A stretch of 64,000 bases of DNA from an uncultured cyanobacterium (GTDB lineage Bacteria; Cyanobacteriota; Cyanobacteriia; Cyanobacteriales; CAWCAG01), in assembly GCA_963793425.1 (NCBI GenBank), contig CAWCAG010000009.1, positions 544,001-608,000 of the forward strand. Reading direction: 5' to 3'. The translations under genes were made by a program, and so were the position numbers. The notes below the pieces were generated by a model. That model saw nothing but the letters and a program-made list of their open reading frames with translations, had not been told where the DNA came from and did no database searches. Positions 1 to 10,339 of this stretch are shown piece by piece; positions within the stretch are counted from its first letter, which is position 1; each line of letters starts with the position of its first letter.

Positions 1-984
1 CAATTGTTCTTCCTCTTAGCTTTGAAAACAAGGAAGCATAAGCATTGGCTTAATTTAACTTTTTCTGGTATCTTCTTTGGTTTAGCAGCCGGGATAAAAT
101 GGAATGGTTTAGGATTTCTACTAGGAATTTACTTACTTTGGTTAACAGCTTGGCTGATACGCTACTTTCAAATCAAGAAAGGCCGTCCCTATCCTTTGAA
201 ATATTATTCTCGCAATTATCTTAATAGTAAAACTTTCTTTACTCCTCTACAAAATTTAACTCAAATTAACCTTTTAACTTTTGCTTGGTACTTAGCTATA
301 ATCCCAGCTTTAACTTATCGTCTCAGTTGGGTTCCCCACTTAATTCTTAATCCAGAGCCTAACTTTTGGGAAATGCAAACAGAAATCATTTCTTTTCACC
401 AAAAAGTTGGTAGCGGAACGGATGTTCATCCTTATTGTTCTCGTTGGTATACCTGGATTTTAATGTTACGTCCCGTTGCTTATTTTTATCATACTGCTCG
501 TAACAAAACTGATACAGTACCCATCCATCCTCCTTTGCCTGCTGGCACAGGGAAATTTGTTTATGATATTCATGCGATGGGAAATCCTATTTTATGGTGG
601 TTATCTTCTGCGGCAATTTTATTATTAATCTTAGCTTTGATTTTACGTTTTTTCCAAGAGGGAATTAGCCGCTATACTTCAACTCCTCAAACTTGGTTGG
701 CACTCTATTTAGCTTTTAATTACGGCGCTAACTTATTACCTTGGGTTAAAGTTTCTCGCTGCACTTTTATCTACCATTATATGGCAGCTTCTGTTTTTGC
801 CCAACTTGTTTTAGCTTGGTTAATAGATCGTTGGTTAAGCAGTGGTTTATATGGCCGTAGATATGCCGGAATAGGAGTGATTTTTTTTGTTCTAATTGCC
901 TTTTATTTCTGGCTGCCTATTTATCTTGGTTTACCCCTATCTCCTGAAAGTTTTAAACTAAGAATGTGGTTTAATTGGCTTTAA
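1..984 (+). CDS. Protein O-mannosyltransferase-like (PMT/GT39) membrane glycosyltransferase, 5'-truncated by window edge
   Basis: Multi-TM ORF with IKWNG, HPYCSRWYTW, MGNPILWW and FIYHY motifs typical of the PMT C-terminal region. Confidence 0.8.
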   Translation, partial: QLFFLLALKTRKHKHWLNLTFSGIFFGLAAGIKWNGLGFLLGIYLLWLTAWLIRYFQIKKGRPYPLKYYSRNYLNSKTFFTPLQNLTQINLLTFAWYLAIIPALTYRLSWVPHLILNPEPNFWEMQTEIISFHQKVGSGTDVHPYCSRWYTWILMLRPVAYFYHTARNKTDTVPIHPPLPAGTGKFVYDIHAMGNPILWWLSSAAILLLILALILRFFQEGISRYTSTPQTWLALYLAFNYGANLLPWVKVSRCTFIYHYMAASVFAQLVLAWLIDRWLSSGLYGRRYAGIGVIFFVLIAFYFWLPIYLGLPLSPESFKLRMWFNWL

Positions 985-1001
985 CAAAATACAAAACAGA
1001 A

Positions 1002-2963
1002 ATGATCAACGATAAGTGGGATAAGCAAGAATGGTTAGTTACAAATGGCATCGGCGGTTATGCTTCGGGGACAGTTACAGGAGAACTTACCCGTAGATAT
1101 CATGGTCTTTTGGTAGCTGCTTTGCAACCTCCTTTAGGGCGGACGCTTTTGCTTAGTAAATTAGATGAAACTGTTAATTATCAGCAACAAGACTATCCTC
1201 TTTTTACTAACTGTTGGTTAGGAGGAATTAAACATCCTCACGGCGATCGCAACCTGAAGGATTTTCATCAGGAAGGAACAACTCCTGTTTGGACATTTAG
1301 TTGCGGTGATGCTGTTATAGAAAAGCGGATTTGGATGGAATTATCAGCTAATACAACTTATGTTCAGTATCAATTTCATCAGGGTAAGGAAGCTTTATCT
1401 TTATCCTTAAAAGCGTTAGTTAACTATCGCGATTATCACGGCGATACCCACAATAATAATAATTGGGAAATGGCTATTACAGCAGTAGAAAGAGGAGTTT
1501 GTTTAACTGCTTTTCCTGATGCCATACCGTTTTACCTTTTAACAGATCGGGGAAAGATAGAAATTCACCATGATTGGTACAAAGACTTTTACTTAAGCCT
1601 GGAAAACTATCGCGGCTTGGGTGATCACGAAGATCATCTCCACGCTGCAACCTTTAATGTACAACTTAACCCCGGAGAATCTTTTACCTTCATTGCTACT
1701 AGCGAATATCAACCCAATTTTGATAGTCAAGCTGCCTTGGTTAACCGTCGTCGTTATGAACAAAATCTGCTTGATATTTGGCACTCTGCATCTTACCTTA
1801 ACACCTCAAATACACCGCCCTGGTTAGAACATCTTGTTCTCGCCGCAGATCAATTTATTGTTGGGCGTAATTCAGAAGCTGAACCAGAGGGTAAAACTAT
1901 TATTGCGGGATATCATTGGTTTAGTGATTGGGGTAGAGATACCGCCATAAGTCTACCAGGATTAACTATTGCTACAGGTCGTTTTGATGTTGCTAAAACT
2001 ATTTTACGCACCTTTAGCCACTATTTAGATCAGGGGATGCTACCCAATGTTTTTCCTGATGGGGGCAATGAACCCCATTACAATACTGTAGACGCGATTT
2101 TCTGGTACTTTGAAGCGGTTCGGGCTTATTATGAAGCAACAGCAGATGACTCTTTTCTCGCAGAAATTTTTCCCGCTTTAGCAGAAGTGGTTGACTGGCA
2201 TCGTCGCGGTACTCGCTACAACATTCACCTCGACTCTCAAGACGGTTTGATTTATGCCGGAGAAGCAGGAGTACAGTTGACTTGGATGGATGCTAAGGTG
2301 GGAGATTGGGTAGTTACTCCCCGCGTTGGTAAGCCTGTAGAAATTAATGCTTTGTGGTACAACGCTTTAATAATTATGGGGGAATTTGCTCAGAAGTTAG
2401 GTAAATCGTCTCAGGAATATGAAAAGATGGCAGGTAAAGCGAGACAAGGTTTTCAACGCTTTTGGGCGGAATCTTTAGGTTATTGCTATGACTTGTTAGA
2501 TACTCCAGACGGTAATGATTCTTCCTTACGCCCTAACCAGATTTTTGCTGTATCCTTACCCGTAACCGGACAACCCTTATTAAAAATAGCACAGCAAAAG
2601 AGGGTCGTTGATCAAGTAAGAGAACAACTACTTACTCCCTATGGTTTGCGATCGCTATCTCCTTTGCATCCGCAATATCAAGGCAGATACGGAGGTGATC
2701 AATATCAAAGAGATAGTGCTTATCACCAAGGTACTGCCTGGGCTTGGTTAATAGGACATTTTATTCAGGCACATTTAAAAGTGTATAGTAATTCAACTCA
2801 AGCCCAGCAATTCTTGAAACCAATAGCAGAACATTTATTGATAGCAGGTAGGGGAACTATCAGTGAAATTTTCGACGGTGATTCTCTCTATACTCCGCGA
2901 GGTTGCATCGCCCAAGCTTGGAGTGTGGCAGAAGTTTTGAGAGTTTGGCAGATGATAGTTTAG
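1002..2963 (+). CDS. Glycogen debranching enzyme (amylo-alpha-1,6-glucosidase, GDE_N+GDE_C)
   Basis: EWLVTNGIGGYASGT, IIAGYHWFSDWGRDT, LTWMDAK and AQAWSVAE motifs; ATG at 1002 preferred over TTG at 975. Confidence 0.9.
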   Translation: MINDKWDKQEWLVTNGIGGYASGTVTGELTRRYHGLLVAALQPPLGRTLLLSKLDETVNYQQQDYPLFTNCWLGGIKHPHGDRNLKDFHQEGTTPVWTFSCGDAVIEKRIWMELSANTTYVQYQFHQGKEALSLSLKALVNYRDYHGDTHNNNNWEMAITAVERGVCLTAFPDAIPFYLLTDRGKIEIHHDWYKDFYLSLENYRGLGDHEDHLHAATFNVQLNPGESFTFIATSEYQPNFDSQAALVNRRRYEQNLLDIWHSASYLNTSNTPPWLEHLVLAADQFIVGRNSEAEPEGKTIIAGYHWFSDWGRDTAISLPGLTIATGRFDVAKTILRTFSHYLDQGMLPNVFPDGGNEPHYNTVDAIFWYFEAVRAYYEATADDSFLAEIFPALAEVVDWHRRGTRYNIHLDSQDGLIYAGEAGVQLTWMDAKVGDWVVTPRVGKPVEINALWYNALIIMGEFAQKLGKSSQEYEKMAGKARQGFQRFWAESLGYCYDLLDTPDGNDSSLRPNQIFAVSLPVTGQPLLKIAQQKRVVDQVREQLLTPYGLRSLSPLHPQYQGRYGGDQYQRDSAYHQGTAWAWLIGHFIQAHLKVYSNSTQAQQFLKPIAEHLLIAGRGTISEIFDGDSLYTPRGCIAQAWSVAEVLRVWQMIV

Positions 2964-3007
2964 TCTGCGATTAGAATCTCATATATAAAAAATAAAGGCA
3001 ATTTGTT

Positions 3008-3943
3008 TTGAAAATAATTGGTCAACCTCAAGCTATTGAATTACTAACTAGTGCTATAGAACAAAATCGCCTTGCCCCAGCTTATTTATTTGCTGGTTAT
3101 CCTGGTATAGGTAAAAGTTTAATGGCTCAATATTTTATTGAATTTTTATTTTGTCATCAAATACCAATAGAAAAACATCCTAACATAAAAAAAAAGCTCC
3201 TTAAAGGCAATCATCCTGACTTACTTTGGGTGCAACCTACCTATCAACATCAAGGTAAATTACTAACAGCAAAAGAAGCCACAGAAATTGGTTTAAAAAA
3301 GAAAGCACCACCGCAAATCCGTACTGAACAAATTCGGGAAATAACTAGATTTCTCAGTCGCCCTCCTTTAGAAGCTTCTCGTTCTATTGTCGTAATTGAA
3401 GATGCCCAAACTATGGCAGAATCTCCTGCTAATGCTTTATTAAAAACCTTAGAAGAACCAGGTAAAGCGAGCTTGATTTTAATTGCCCCCAATGCAGATT
3501 CTTTGTTGCCAACCTTAGTTTCTCGCTGTCAGCGTATTCCTTTTTATCGTCTTGCTGTGAAGGAAATGGAACAAGTCTTACAAAGCTTAGGGAGAACCGA
3601 CATTTTGTCAGAACAAACTATACTGGCAATTGCCCAAGGTAGTCCCGGAGAGGCTATTTATGCTTGGGAACAATTACAAACTATTCCTGAAGAGTTGCTA
3701 ACTAAATTACAGCAAATTCCTAACCATCCAGTTGCAGCTTTGGGCTTAGCTAAAGAAATTGTTGATAACTTAGAAACGGAAACTCAATTATGGTTAATTA
3801 ATTATCTTCAATATATTTATTGGGAACAAAAGCGACAAGCCAATATTTTACAAAAACTGGAAGACACTCGTAAATTTATCCTTAGTTACGTTCAGCCTCG
3901 TTTAGTTTGGGAAGTAATGTTTTTGTCATTTGTTGATTGCTAA
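3008..3943 (+). CDS. holB: DNA polymerase III subunit delta'
   Basis: AYLFAGYPGIGK, NHPDL, ANALLKTLEEP and LLPTLVSRCQ motifs. Confidence 0.92.
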   Translation: MKIIGQPQAIELLTSAIEQNRLAPAYLFAGYPGIGKSLMAQYFIEFLFCHQIPIEKHPNIKKKLLKGNHPDLLWVQPTYQHQGKLLTAKEATEIGLKKKAPPQIRTEQIREITRFLSRPPLEASRSIVVIEDAQTMAESPANALLKTLEEPGKASLILIAPNADSLLPTLVSRCQRIPFYRLAVKEMEQVLQSLGRTDILSEQTILAIAQGSPGEAIYAWEQLQTIPEELLTKLQQIPNHPVAALGLAKEIVDNLETETQLWLINYLQYIYWEQKRQANILQKLEDTRKFILSYVQPRLVWEVMFLSFVDC

Positions 3944-4129
3944 TGGCTAGTAGAAGCTTGGAAATATGGAAATAGACTGAATATTTACCTCATGAATCTG
4001 AGAATTAGTGAAACAATTGGTTTAAATAAAGAGTTGTGATCGCTCATTTTTGTGCAGTTGCTTTAGCTTTCCTTAATATCAAGTTAAATCTTCAACTGTG
4101 AGCGCATTTATTCTGTATCCTTAATTAAC

Positions 4130-4738
4130 TTAATGTAAATCTTGCTGCCAAATCCCAATGTAGAGGCGATCACGTTTTTCCCAATGCACAATCCCTTCTA
4201 AAGTATTGAGGTTAAAGTAATATTGAGAATTTTTATCCTGCCAAACTTGTCTCAAACCTTGCTTAATTTCTTCATTAAGCTGGCAACCTAACATACTATT
4301 CAAAGTTGCTAAAACCGTCTTGAATTTAACTGAATTAGCAAAAGCAGCTTCAGTTTGTCGCAGAACTTTTGATTCCTTATCAAAAAGAAAACCTAAACTA
4401 ACGCGATTAGGAATTAAATCATAGCTCACAGCAATAGTATCTTGCCAGTAACCAGGAAGTATTTCTGCCGGAGTGCCAAACATTTGTAGAACTTGCTGTT
4501 TTTTGATACCTGGTTTAAAACCTGGTATTCCTATACCTACAGGAACTTCTTGACAAAAATTTTCGTAAATTTCTTCTTCTGTAGGTAAATAAGGTAAAGG
4601 TTTGTTATTTCTCGCTTTAATCAAGACTACTTCTGGTGCTAAAGCAGGTTGATTGAAAGGAGTTGAAAACAAATTTAGACGTGATGATAGTAATTCAGCT
4701 AGCTGTAAATTAGTTAAAGCAATAATAAGAAAGAACAT
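4130..4738 (-). CDS. Exported hypothetical protein resembling the C-terminal domain of cyanobacterial Ser/Thr kinases
   Basis: Hydrophobic N-terminus; GYW...SLGFLFD...LRQTEAAF...DRLYIGIWQQDLH pattern. Confidence 0.55.
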   Translation of the reverse strand: MFFLIIALTNLQLAELLSSRLNLFSTPFNQPALAPEVVLIKARNNKPLPYLPTEEEIYENFCQEVPVGIGIPGFKPGIKKQQVLQMFGTPAEILPGYWQDTIAVSYDLIPNRVSLGFLFDKESKVLRQTEAAFANSVKFKTVLATLNSMLGCQLNEEIKQGLRQVWQDKNSQYYFNLNTLEGIVHWEKRDRLYIGIWQQDLH

Positions 4739-4980
4739 AGATAAACCTGGTTTGATTTATAAAGTTGAGCAATAAGTTATTAAACAATAGTGTCGTGGGT
4801 TTAACTAAATTATTGATAGAAGGCTACTTTATACTAGACAACTATTTTGCTAAACAGTTTCCCTAAAAGGAAGATTATCTTCATTTTGTGCTGCAATCTT
4901 TAAGTTATAGTCATTTTAAATAAGGATGAAACACTTTTTCGTTCAAACGCTCTTTCAAAGAGAGAAAATCTTGTCTCAAT

Positions 4981-5322
4981 CTAAATTGAAATGACTATAG
5001 TGATCGTTTTCACTTCTTCTTCCATTTGCTTTTTACCAAGAAACTTGAGATCATATTGGGCATTATGAAAAACTTTATTAATCTCTGGGTTCAACATAAC
5101 TTTATCCCTAAATTCACTAACTAAATCTGGATAGACTAAAACATCCAAAATAGTTACTTGATCGCCTCGCCGATCTGTAGCATCAGCTAAGATTTGAATT
5201 AGAGATAATCGAGGCTTTTTCGTGCGGAAATCAGCAACTTCTGTATCTAACCAGAGGATTTTAGCTTGAGTATATTGAACAATTGCTGCCCTAATCTCTA
5301 ATTCTCTACTTAGGTAAGGCAT
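4981..5322 (-). pseudogene. Truncated ribonuclease D-like DEDD 3'-5' exonuclease
   Basis: ExoI (WLDTE) and ExoII (KVFHNAQYDL) motifs present; ORF ends at 113 aa without ExoIII. Confidence 0.65.
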
Positions 5323-5396
5323 TGGTGAATAAGTAATAAATAATAAGTAATAAGTTGATATAACCTTATCATTTACAAGTACCTATTACCTCAACT

Positions 5397-7184
5397 TTAA
5401 ATCTGAAAATTTTGCTGTAGAGGAATTTTAATCACAAATTCTGTTCCTTTACCTAAATGGGAATTACAATATAATTTACCACGATGGGTTTCGGAAATAA
5501 TTTGGTAACTAATGGCTAAGCCTAATCCCGTTCCTTTGCCTACTTGTTTAGTGGTAAAGAAAGGATCAAATAACTTGGTTTGTAATTCTTCTTTAATTCC
5601 TGCCCCATTGTCAGCAATAGTGATAATAGCCCATTGGGGATTATAGTTTGTCCCAATAGTAATAGTTGGTTGCCAATTTTCTCTTTGCTCATAAAGAGGA
5701 AACTTAGCCTTAAGTTTTGACAACTCTTCTAAGGCATCAATGGCATTAGTAAGAAGATTCATAAACACCTGATTGAGCTGTCCAAGATAACATTCAACTA
5801 AAGTTTTTTCTATCCCATAGTTTTTAACTACTTTAACTCCAGGGAAACTAGCTTGTGGTTTAAGGCGACTACAGAGAATCATTAAAGTATTATCAATTCC
5901 CTCTTCAATATTCACCTTTTTCATTACTGTTTGTTCCCGGCGAGAAAAACTGCGTAAAGAAAGCACGATTTCTCGAATTCGTTCTGCTCCCATATACATA
6001 GAATCTAAAACTTTAGGTAAATCCTGAACTAGAAAATCGAGTTCAATTTTTTCAGTAAACTCTTGAACTTCTCTATGGGGTTCAGGATAATGTTTTTGAT
6101 ATAAACCAAGAAGTTTTAGTACATCTTTGGTATATTCTTGAGCAGGTACTAAATTACCATAAATGAAATTAACTGGGTTATTAATTTCATGGCCAACTCC
6201 AGCAACTAACTGTCCTAAACTAGACATTTTTTCTGTTTGTACTAATTTAGTTTGTGTTCGTCCTAACTGGTATAAAGTGATTTCTAATTCTCTAGTTTTT
6301 TGGCGTAGTTCAGTTTCTGATTTTCGGAGTCTTTCATTAGCATGAGAAAGTTCTGAAGTCCTTTCTTCAACTATTTTCTCTAATTCTAGAGCTAAGTTGT
6401 GCAAATCCTGCTTCTTTTCCTTTCTATCGCCTTTTGTAATATTACTGCTAATACTAACCAGGGCTTCCATGTCGCATTTAGCAGAAAAAACAGAGGATTT
6501 TATACTATTAGAAAAGCTATATTTACTGTCAGAATTATCTAAGCTTTCCTGATGCTGCTTAGTTGCTTGGCTTTGAATAAGTTTCCAGTCTTGGTTGCGA
6601 AATTCAGCTATTGTTTCTGGAGTAGATGACTCTCTAGCTCTCAAGGAAGGTAAATAAGCTTCTTGATTACAGTCTAGACAAGTCTCTTTTTCTTGTGTCT
6701 GAAAAACTGAATTAGGTAGAGAATTGATTAAACAAAACAAAAGTGATCTTTCTGTTTGTAGTTCCTGCTTCTCCAAAACATAATTGTCATCTTTCAGTAG
6801 TTGTGATGAAGCAAAAGAAGCAAGAATTTTTGGTAAGAAAGGAAAAAACAGGAAAGGGAAAACCAACACAGTAGCAGCAGCATGAATAGCTTTTGCCAGT
6901 CCTAAAATCCAGTAAACAGGATACCAAATAGCTATAACTTCTACTAAGTTTTGAGTACCACAAGAGGCAAAAATAATAAATGCACCAGTTAGTAAACTTG
7001 AAGCTTGGCTAGGTAAGTTTTTTTTATTTTGAGTAAAATAAACAATAGCAAAAGCAGCAAAGTAATAGGAGAGTATAATTAGAGTTCCAGAGATAAGGTG
7101 TAATCCAAGTAATCCTGGTTTGCCAAAGAGATATTTGCTAAAGAAAAAAAAATTTGCTGAAACGGCCGTTCTTAATGCTATCAT
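5397..7184 (-). CDS. Sensor histidine kinase with degenerate ethylene-receptor-type 3-TM domain and decayed PAS
   Basis: H-box GVGHEINNP, N-box NQVFMNLLTNAIDA, G-boxes DNGAG and GKGTGLGL; N-terminal GAFI..CGT and WYPVYW pattern. Confidence 0.85.
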   Translation of the reverse strand: MIALRTAVSANFFFFSKYLFGKPGLLGLHLISGTLIILSYYFAAFAIVYFTQNKKNLPSQASSLLTGAFIIFASCGTQNLVEVIAIWYPVYWILGLAKAIHAAATVLVFPFLFFPFLPKILASFASSQLLKDDNYVLEKQELQTERSLLFCLINSLPNSVFQTQEKETCLDCNQEAYLPSLRARESSTPETIAEFRNQDWKLIQSQATKQHQESLDNSDSKYSFSNSIKSSVFSAKCDMEALVSISSNITKGDRKEKKQDLHNLALELEKIVEERTSELSHANERLRKSETELRQKTRELEITLYQLGRTQTKLVQTEKMSSLGQLVAGVGHEINNPVNFIYGNLVPAQEYTKDVLKLLGLYQKHYPEPHREVQEFTEKIELDFLVQDLPKVLDSMYMGAERIREIVLSLRSFSRREQTVMKKVNIEEGIDNTLMILCSRLKPQASFPGVKVVKNYGIEKTLVECYLGQLNQVFMNLLTNAIDALEELSKLKAKFPLYEQRENWQPTITIGTNYNPQWAIITIADNGAGIKEELQTKLFDPFFTTKQVGKGTGLGLAISYQIISETHRGKLYCNSHLGKGTEFVIKIPLQQNFQI

Positions 7185-7418
7185 TTTATGGTTGCGGTTT
7201 TCATGAGCTTTTTATTCAGTTTTTGTGTAGTAGATTCCCCAGTGGGAGTAATTAAAAAAATCTAATATCTTATAGTGCTATTAATTATAGTCGGTTAATT
7301 AGACCTTTAGTATTAGTTCAATTAATCCATACTATTAGATTTGCAAATATATAATCCCTTTCAAAGGAAAGTAGTTACTATTATCTGTTCTCTACTGCAA
7401 CTTATTACCTATTACTTA

Positions 7419-9488
7419 CTAATGAGGTTCCCCAAACAAAATCATAGAACAGGTAAGTTTAGGAATAATCTTAGTAGTGATATCGCTGACGGCTAGTCCT
7501 CCTGCGGTACGGCGGCGTATAGAGCGTAAAATCACCAAATCGTAAGAATGGGTTGCTTTAATGATAGCCTTAGCTACATCGTCTCGGCGTAAAGTTTCAA
7601 TAACCAAATCAACTTCAAATTGATTAGATGTAAGGATTTTAGATAGTTCTGACTCAAACTCATCAACTTGCTGTTGGGGAGTCTTGCGATCGCATATATG
7701 CAGTAAAGTGATTTTAGCCTGATTAGTATCAGCGAATAATTGAGCAAACTTAACAATATGCAAAGCTTGAGGCGTGAGGTTTTTGATCGGTACCAAGACA
7801 CTGTGAATATCAATGGGTTCTTCCAACAGGTGCATCACGGCTACCGGACAATGGGCAGCCCAAAAAACGTTATCAATAAGATTACCAAATAAGCGAGCTT
7901 GCAAACTCCTTGTCGGACTCCAACCCATAATAATAATATCAGCATCTTGTTCTCTAGCTGCGCGGCTAATACCCTGTGCCGTATCTTCATCAATACGAAT
8001 TGCTGGCTTAGCTTCTACCCCAAACTCTTTACTCACTTCCAGGGATCGCTGGAGTAACTTCTTACTTTGCTTCAAAATAGCATTTAATTCCGGTTCATCC
8101 ATAGTGACACGGGCTTTAGCTACAGACAAAGGAACTATAATACCTGACTCACGACGGGCTAATAAGGCTCCCATCTCAATTAAATTCCTTTCCGTATGGG
8201 GATTATAAACTGGAACTAAGACAGTAAAAAGACTATCTTCTTCAAGCTGCACAGACAAAGAAGTTTTCGTTGTTCCCCAACTTTCATATTCTGTTTGAAG
8301 AGGTGCTTTTGGTGGCGATATTTTTCTAGCATACTTGGCTGTTATAACTGGGCCGAGAATTGATGTTACTAGCATCAAAACGATCACAATATTAAACACT
8401 GAATCTTCAATTAAACCAGCCTCTTTAGCTGCCAGGGCTGCTGCTAAGGTAGCAGCCACTTGGGGTAAAGATAAAGACCACATGGTCAAAGTTTCATCCC
8501 AACTGTAGTGATAGAGAACTTTGGTTACCAAAGCAGCCAAAAATTTGCTACTAATTAAGGCTCCAACAATTGCTAAAGTCATCACTAGGTTAGAAGTCAA
8601 AGAATCTACTAAACCAGCTACATCAAGAAGTAGCCCCATACCAACGAAGAAAAAAGGAATAAATAAAGTACTGCCCACAAACTCTACTTTTTCTTCAACT
8701 GGGCTTCTACCTACCACATCATTAACAGCCAAACCTGCTAAAAAAGCCCCGACAATTTTATCTACTTGAATGAGTTGCGCCCCCACCGCAGCTAAAAATA
8801 CAGCTAAAAGAACAAACAAAAACTGATTACTTTCATCTTCTCCGGTACGACGAAAATATTCCTTACCTGCCCAATCGAAACCAAACAGGACAATTACTGA
8901 GTAAATAGCTAAAGCCCCTAACTGCATAACTAGACTAGTTGTTGAAAAATCGCCCCCATGAATAGATATACAAATAGCCAAAACTAAAAGGGCAGCAATA
9001 TCAGTAAAAATTGTTGCTCCGATAGTAACAGTAACTGCTTCATTATTTGCCACCCCCAAACGATTCACAATGGGATAACCCAAAAGAGTATGAGAAGCAA
9101 GTAAGGAACCCACTAAAATCGAAGCATTGAAGCTTAAACCAAACAACTGGCCTACGAAAGTACCAAAAATTAGGGGGATCAAAAAGGTAGCTATGCCAAA
9201 ACATAAAGAACGATTTTTTGTTTTGCGGAAATCTTCTAAATCAATCTCTAAACCAGCAACAAACATCAGATAGATTTTGCCTATATCCGATAGCAACTTC
9301 ATTGTCTCTGATTCAGCATTGAGTAAACCTAATCCACTAGGGCCAAGACAAACTCCAGCCACTAGCAACCCTACTAACCCAGGAAGACGCAACTTTTCAA
9401 AAACCGGAGGTACAGTTAATATTACTAAAAGAAGTATGGTAAAGCCGACAATAGGGCTATTTGGGATTAGCTTAAGGATTTGTTCCAT
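7419..9488 (-). CDS. Cation:proton antiporter (CPA2) with C-terminal universal stress protein domains
   Basis: About 12 TM segments, YLMFVAGLE, TIFTD and GAFLAGL motifs; USP-like LFGNLIDNVFWAAHCPVAV. Confidence 0.88.
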   Translation of the reverse strand: MEQILKLIPNSPIVGFTILLLVILTVPPVFEKLRLPGLVGLLVAGVCLGPSGLGLLNAESETMKLLSDIGKIYLMFVAGLEIDLEDFRKTKNRSLCFGIATFLIPLIFGTFVGQLFGLSFNASILVGSLLASHTLLGYPIVNRLGVANNEAVTVTIGATIFTDIAALLVLAICISIHGGDFSTTSLVMQLGALAIYSVIVLFGFDWAGKEYFRRTGEDESNQFLFVLLAVFLAAVGAQLIQVDKIVGAFLAGLAVNDVVGRSPVEEKVEFVGSTLFIPFFFVGMGLLLDVAGLVDSLTSNLVMTLAIVGALISSKFLAALVTKVLYHYSWDETLTMWSLSLPQVAATLAAALAAKEAGLIEDSVFNIVIVLMLVTSILGPVITAKYARKISPPKAPLQTEYESWGTTKTSLSVQLEEDSLFTVLVPVYNPHTERNLIEMGALLARRESGIIVPLSVAKARVTMDEPELNAILKQSKKLLQRSLEVSKEFGVEAKPAIRIDEDTAQGISRAAREQDADIIIMGWSPTRSLQARLFGNLIDNVFWAAHCPVAVMHLLEEPIDIHSVLVPIKNLTPQALHIVKFAQLFADTNQAKITLLHICDRKTPQQQVDEFESELSKILTSNQFEVDLVIETLRRDDVAKAIIKATHSYDLVILRSIRRRTAGGLAVSDITTKIIPKLTCSMILFGEPH

Positions 9489-9607
9489 ACTAAATCAGTT
9501 TTCATCAAGAAGAATAAAAAGAGGTAAATATTATTCTAAATCTATTTAAAAATTTAGTTCTTGAGAAGCGGGATCTAGAGGCTAATTGTTGCTAGAATTA
9601 ATCCAGC

Positions 9608-9636
9608 AAAAAACCGCCCCCACAGAGGGGGACGGT
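9608..9636 (-). terminator. Rho-independent terminator
   Basis: Minus strand ACCGTCCCCC-TCTGT-GGGGGCGGT followed by a T run. Confidence 0.75.
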
Positions 9637-9735
9637 AAGAACATCCAAGGTCTTATACATACTTTCTTTCAACAGAGAAATCCGGATTTTCTGGAAATCC
9701 CCTGTTTTTGTTACAAAAGTTTATTAAAATCCCTT

Positions 9736-10164
9736 CTAAGCTGGCTGTTGTACAGGAGATAAATACTGGGATATCTTGTTTTTTAAATCATTGAGTAAAT
9801 AAGGTTTACGTAGATAATCATCACAATTTGCTTGTATAAACCCAGTACTATCTTGTTCCATAGCTAAAGCAGTTACAGCAATAATCGGGATATGGCTAGT
9901 ATTTTGGTTCTGTTTTAGCTTATGAATTAACTCAACTTCGTTAATCCCTGATAAAACAATATCCAATAAAATTAGCTCAGGCTGATATTTCCTAGCTAGG
10001 CTCAAAGCCGTGGAGGCATTAACAGCGGTAATAAAAGTATAGTTAAAAACTATCAAAGCATAGGAAATAAGCAAAAGATTATCTTGATTATCTTCCACTA
10101 CTAAAATAAGGGGAGGCTTCTTTTCCCATGGAGAAAAGGAATTATTTGTTTGGTTAAGATCCAT
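9736..10164 (-). CDS. Single-domain CheY-like response regulator
   Basis: ILVVEDN, LILLDI (phosphoacceptor Asp), IIAVTALA and YLRKP; ATG at 10164 more plausible than 10263. Confidence 0.85.
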   Translation of the reverse strand: MDLNQTNNSFSPWEKKPPLILVVEDNQDNLLLISYALIVFNYTFITAVNASTALSLARKYQPELILLDIVLSGINEVELIHKLKQNQNTSHIPIIAVTALAMEQDSTGFIQANCDDYLRKPYLLNDLKNKISQYLSPVQQPA

Positions 10165-10339
10165 GCTTATTTGATGGTAGTCATTAGCTGCTGACCTTAG
10201 ATATAACTTCAATATTACAACATAAAAAAAGATAAAATTATAAGAAATTTTACTACTATTCAATCTCTACAGCTTGAGCATTCTAGCTTCTGTTGATATT
10301 TATTGAGGTCACGTTTACAGCAGCTCCGAAACTTGATTA

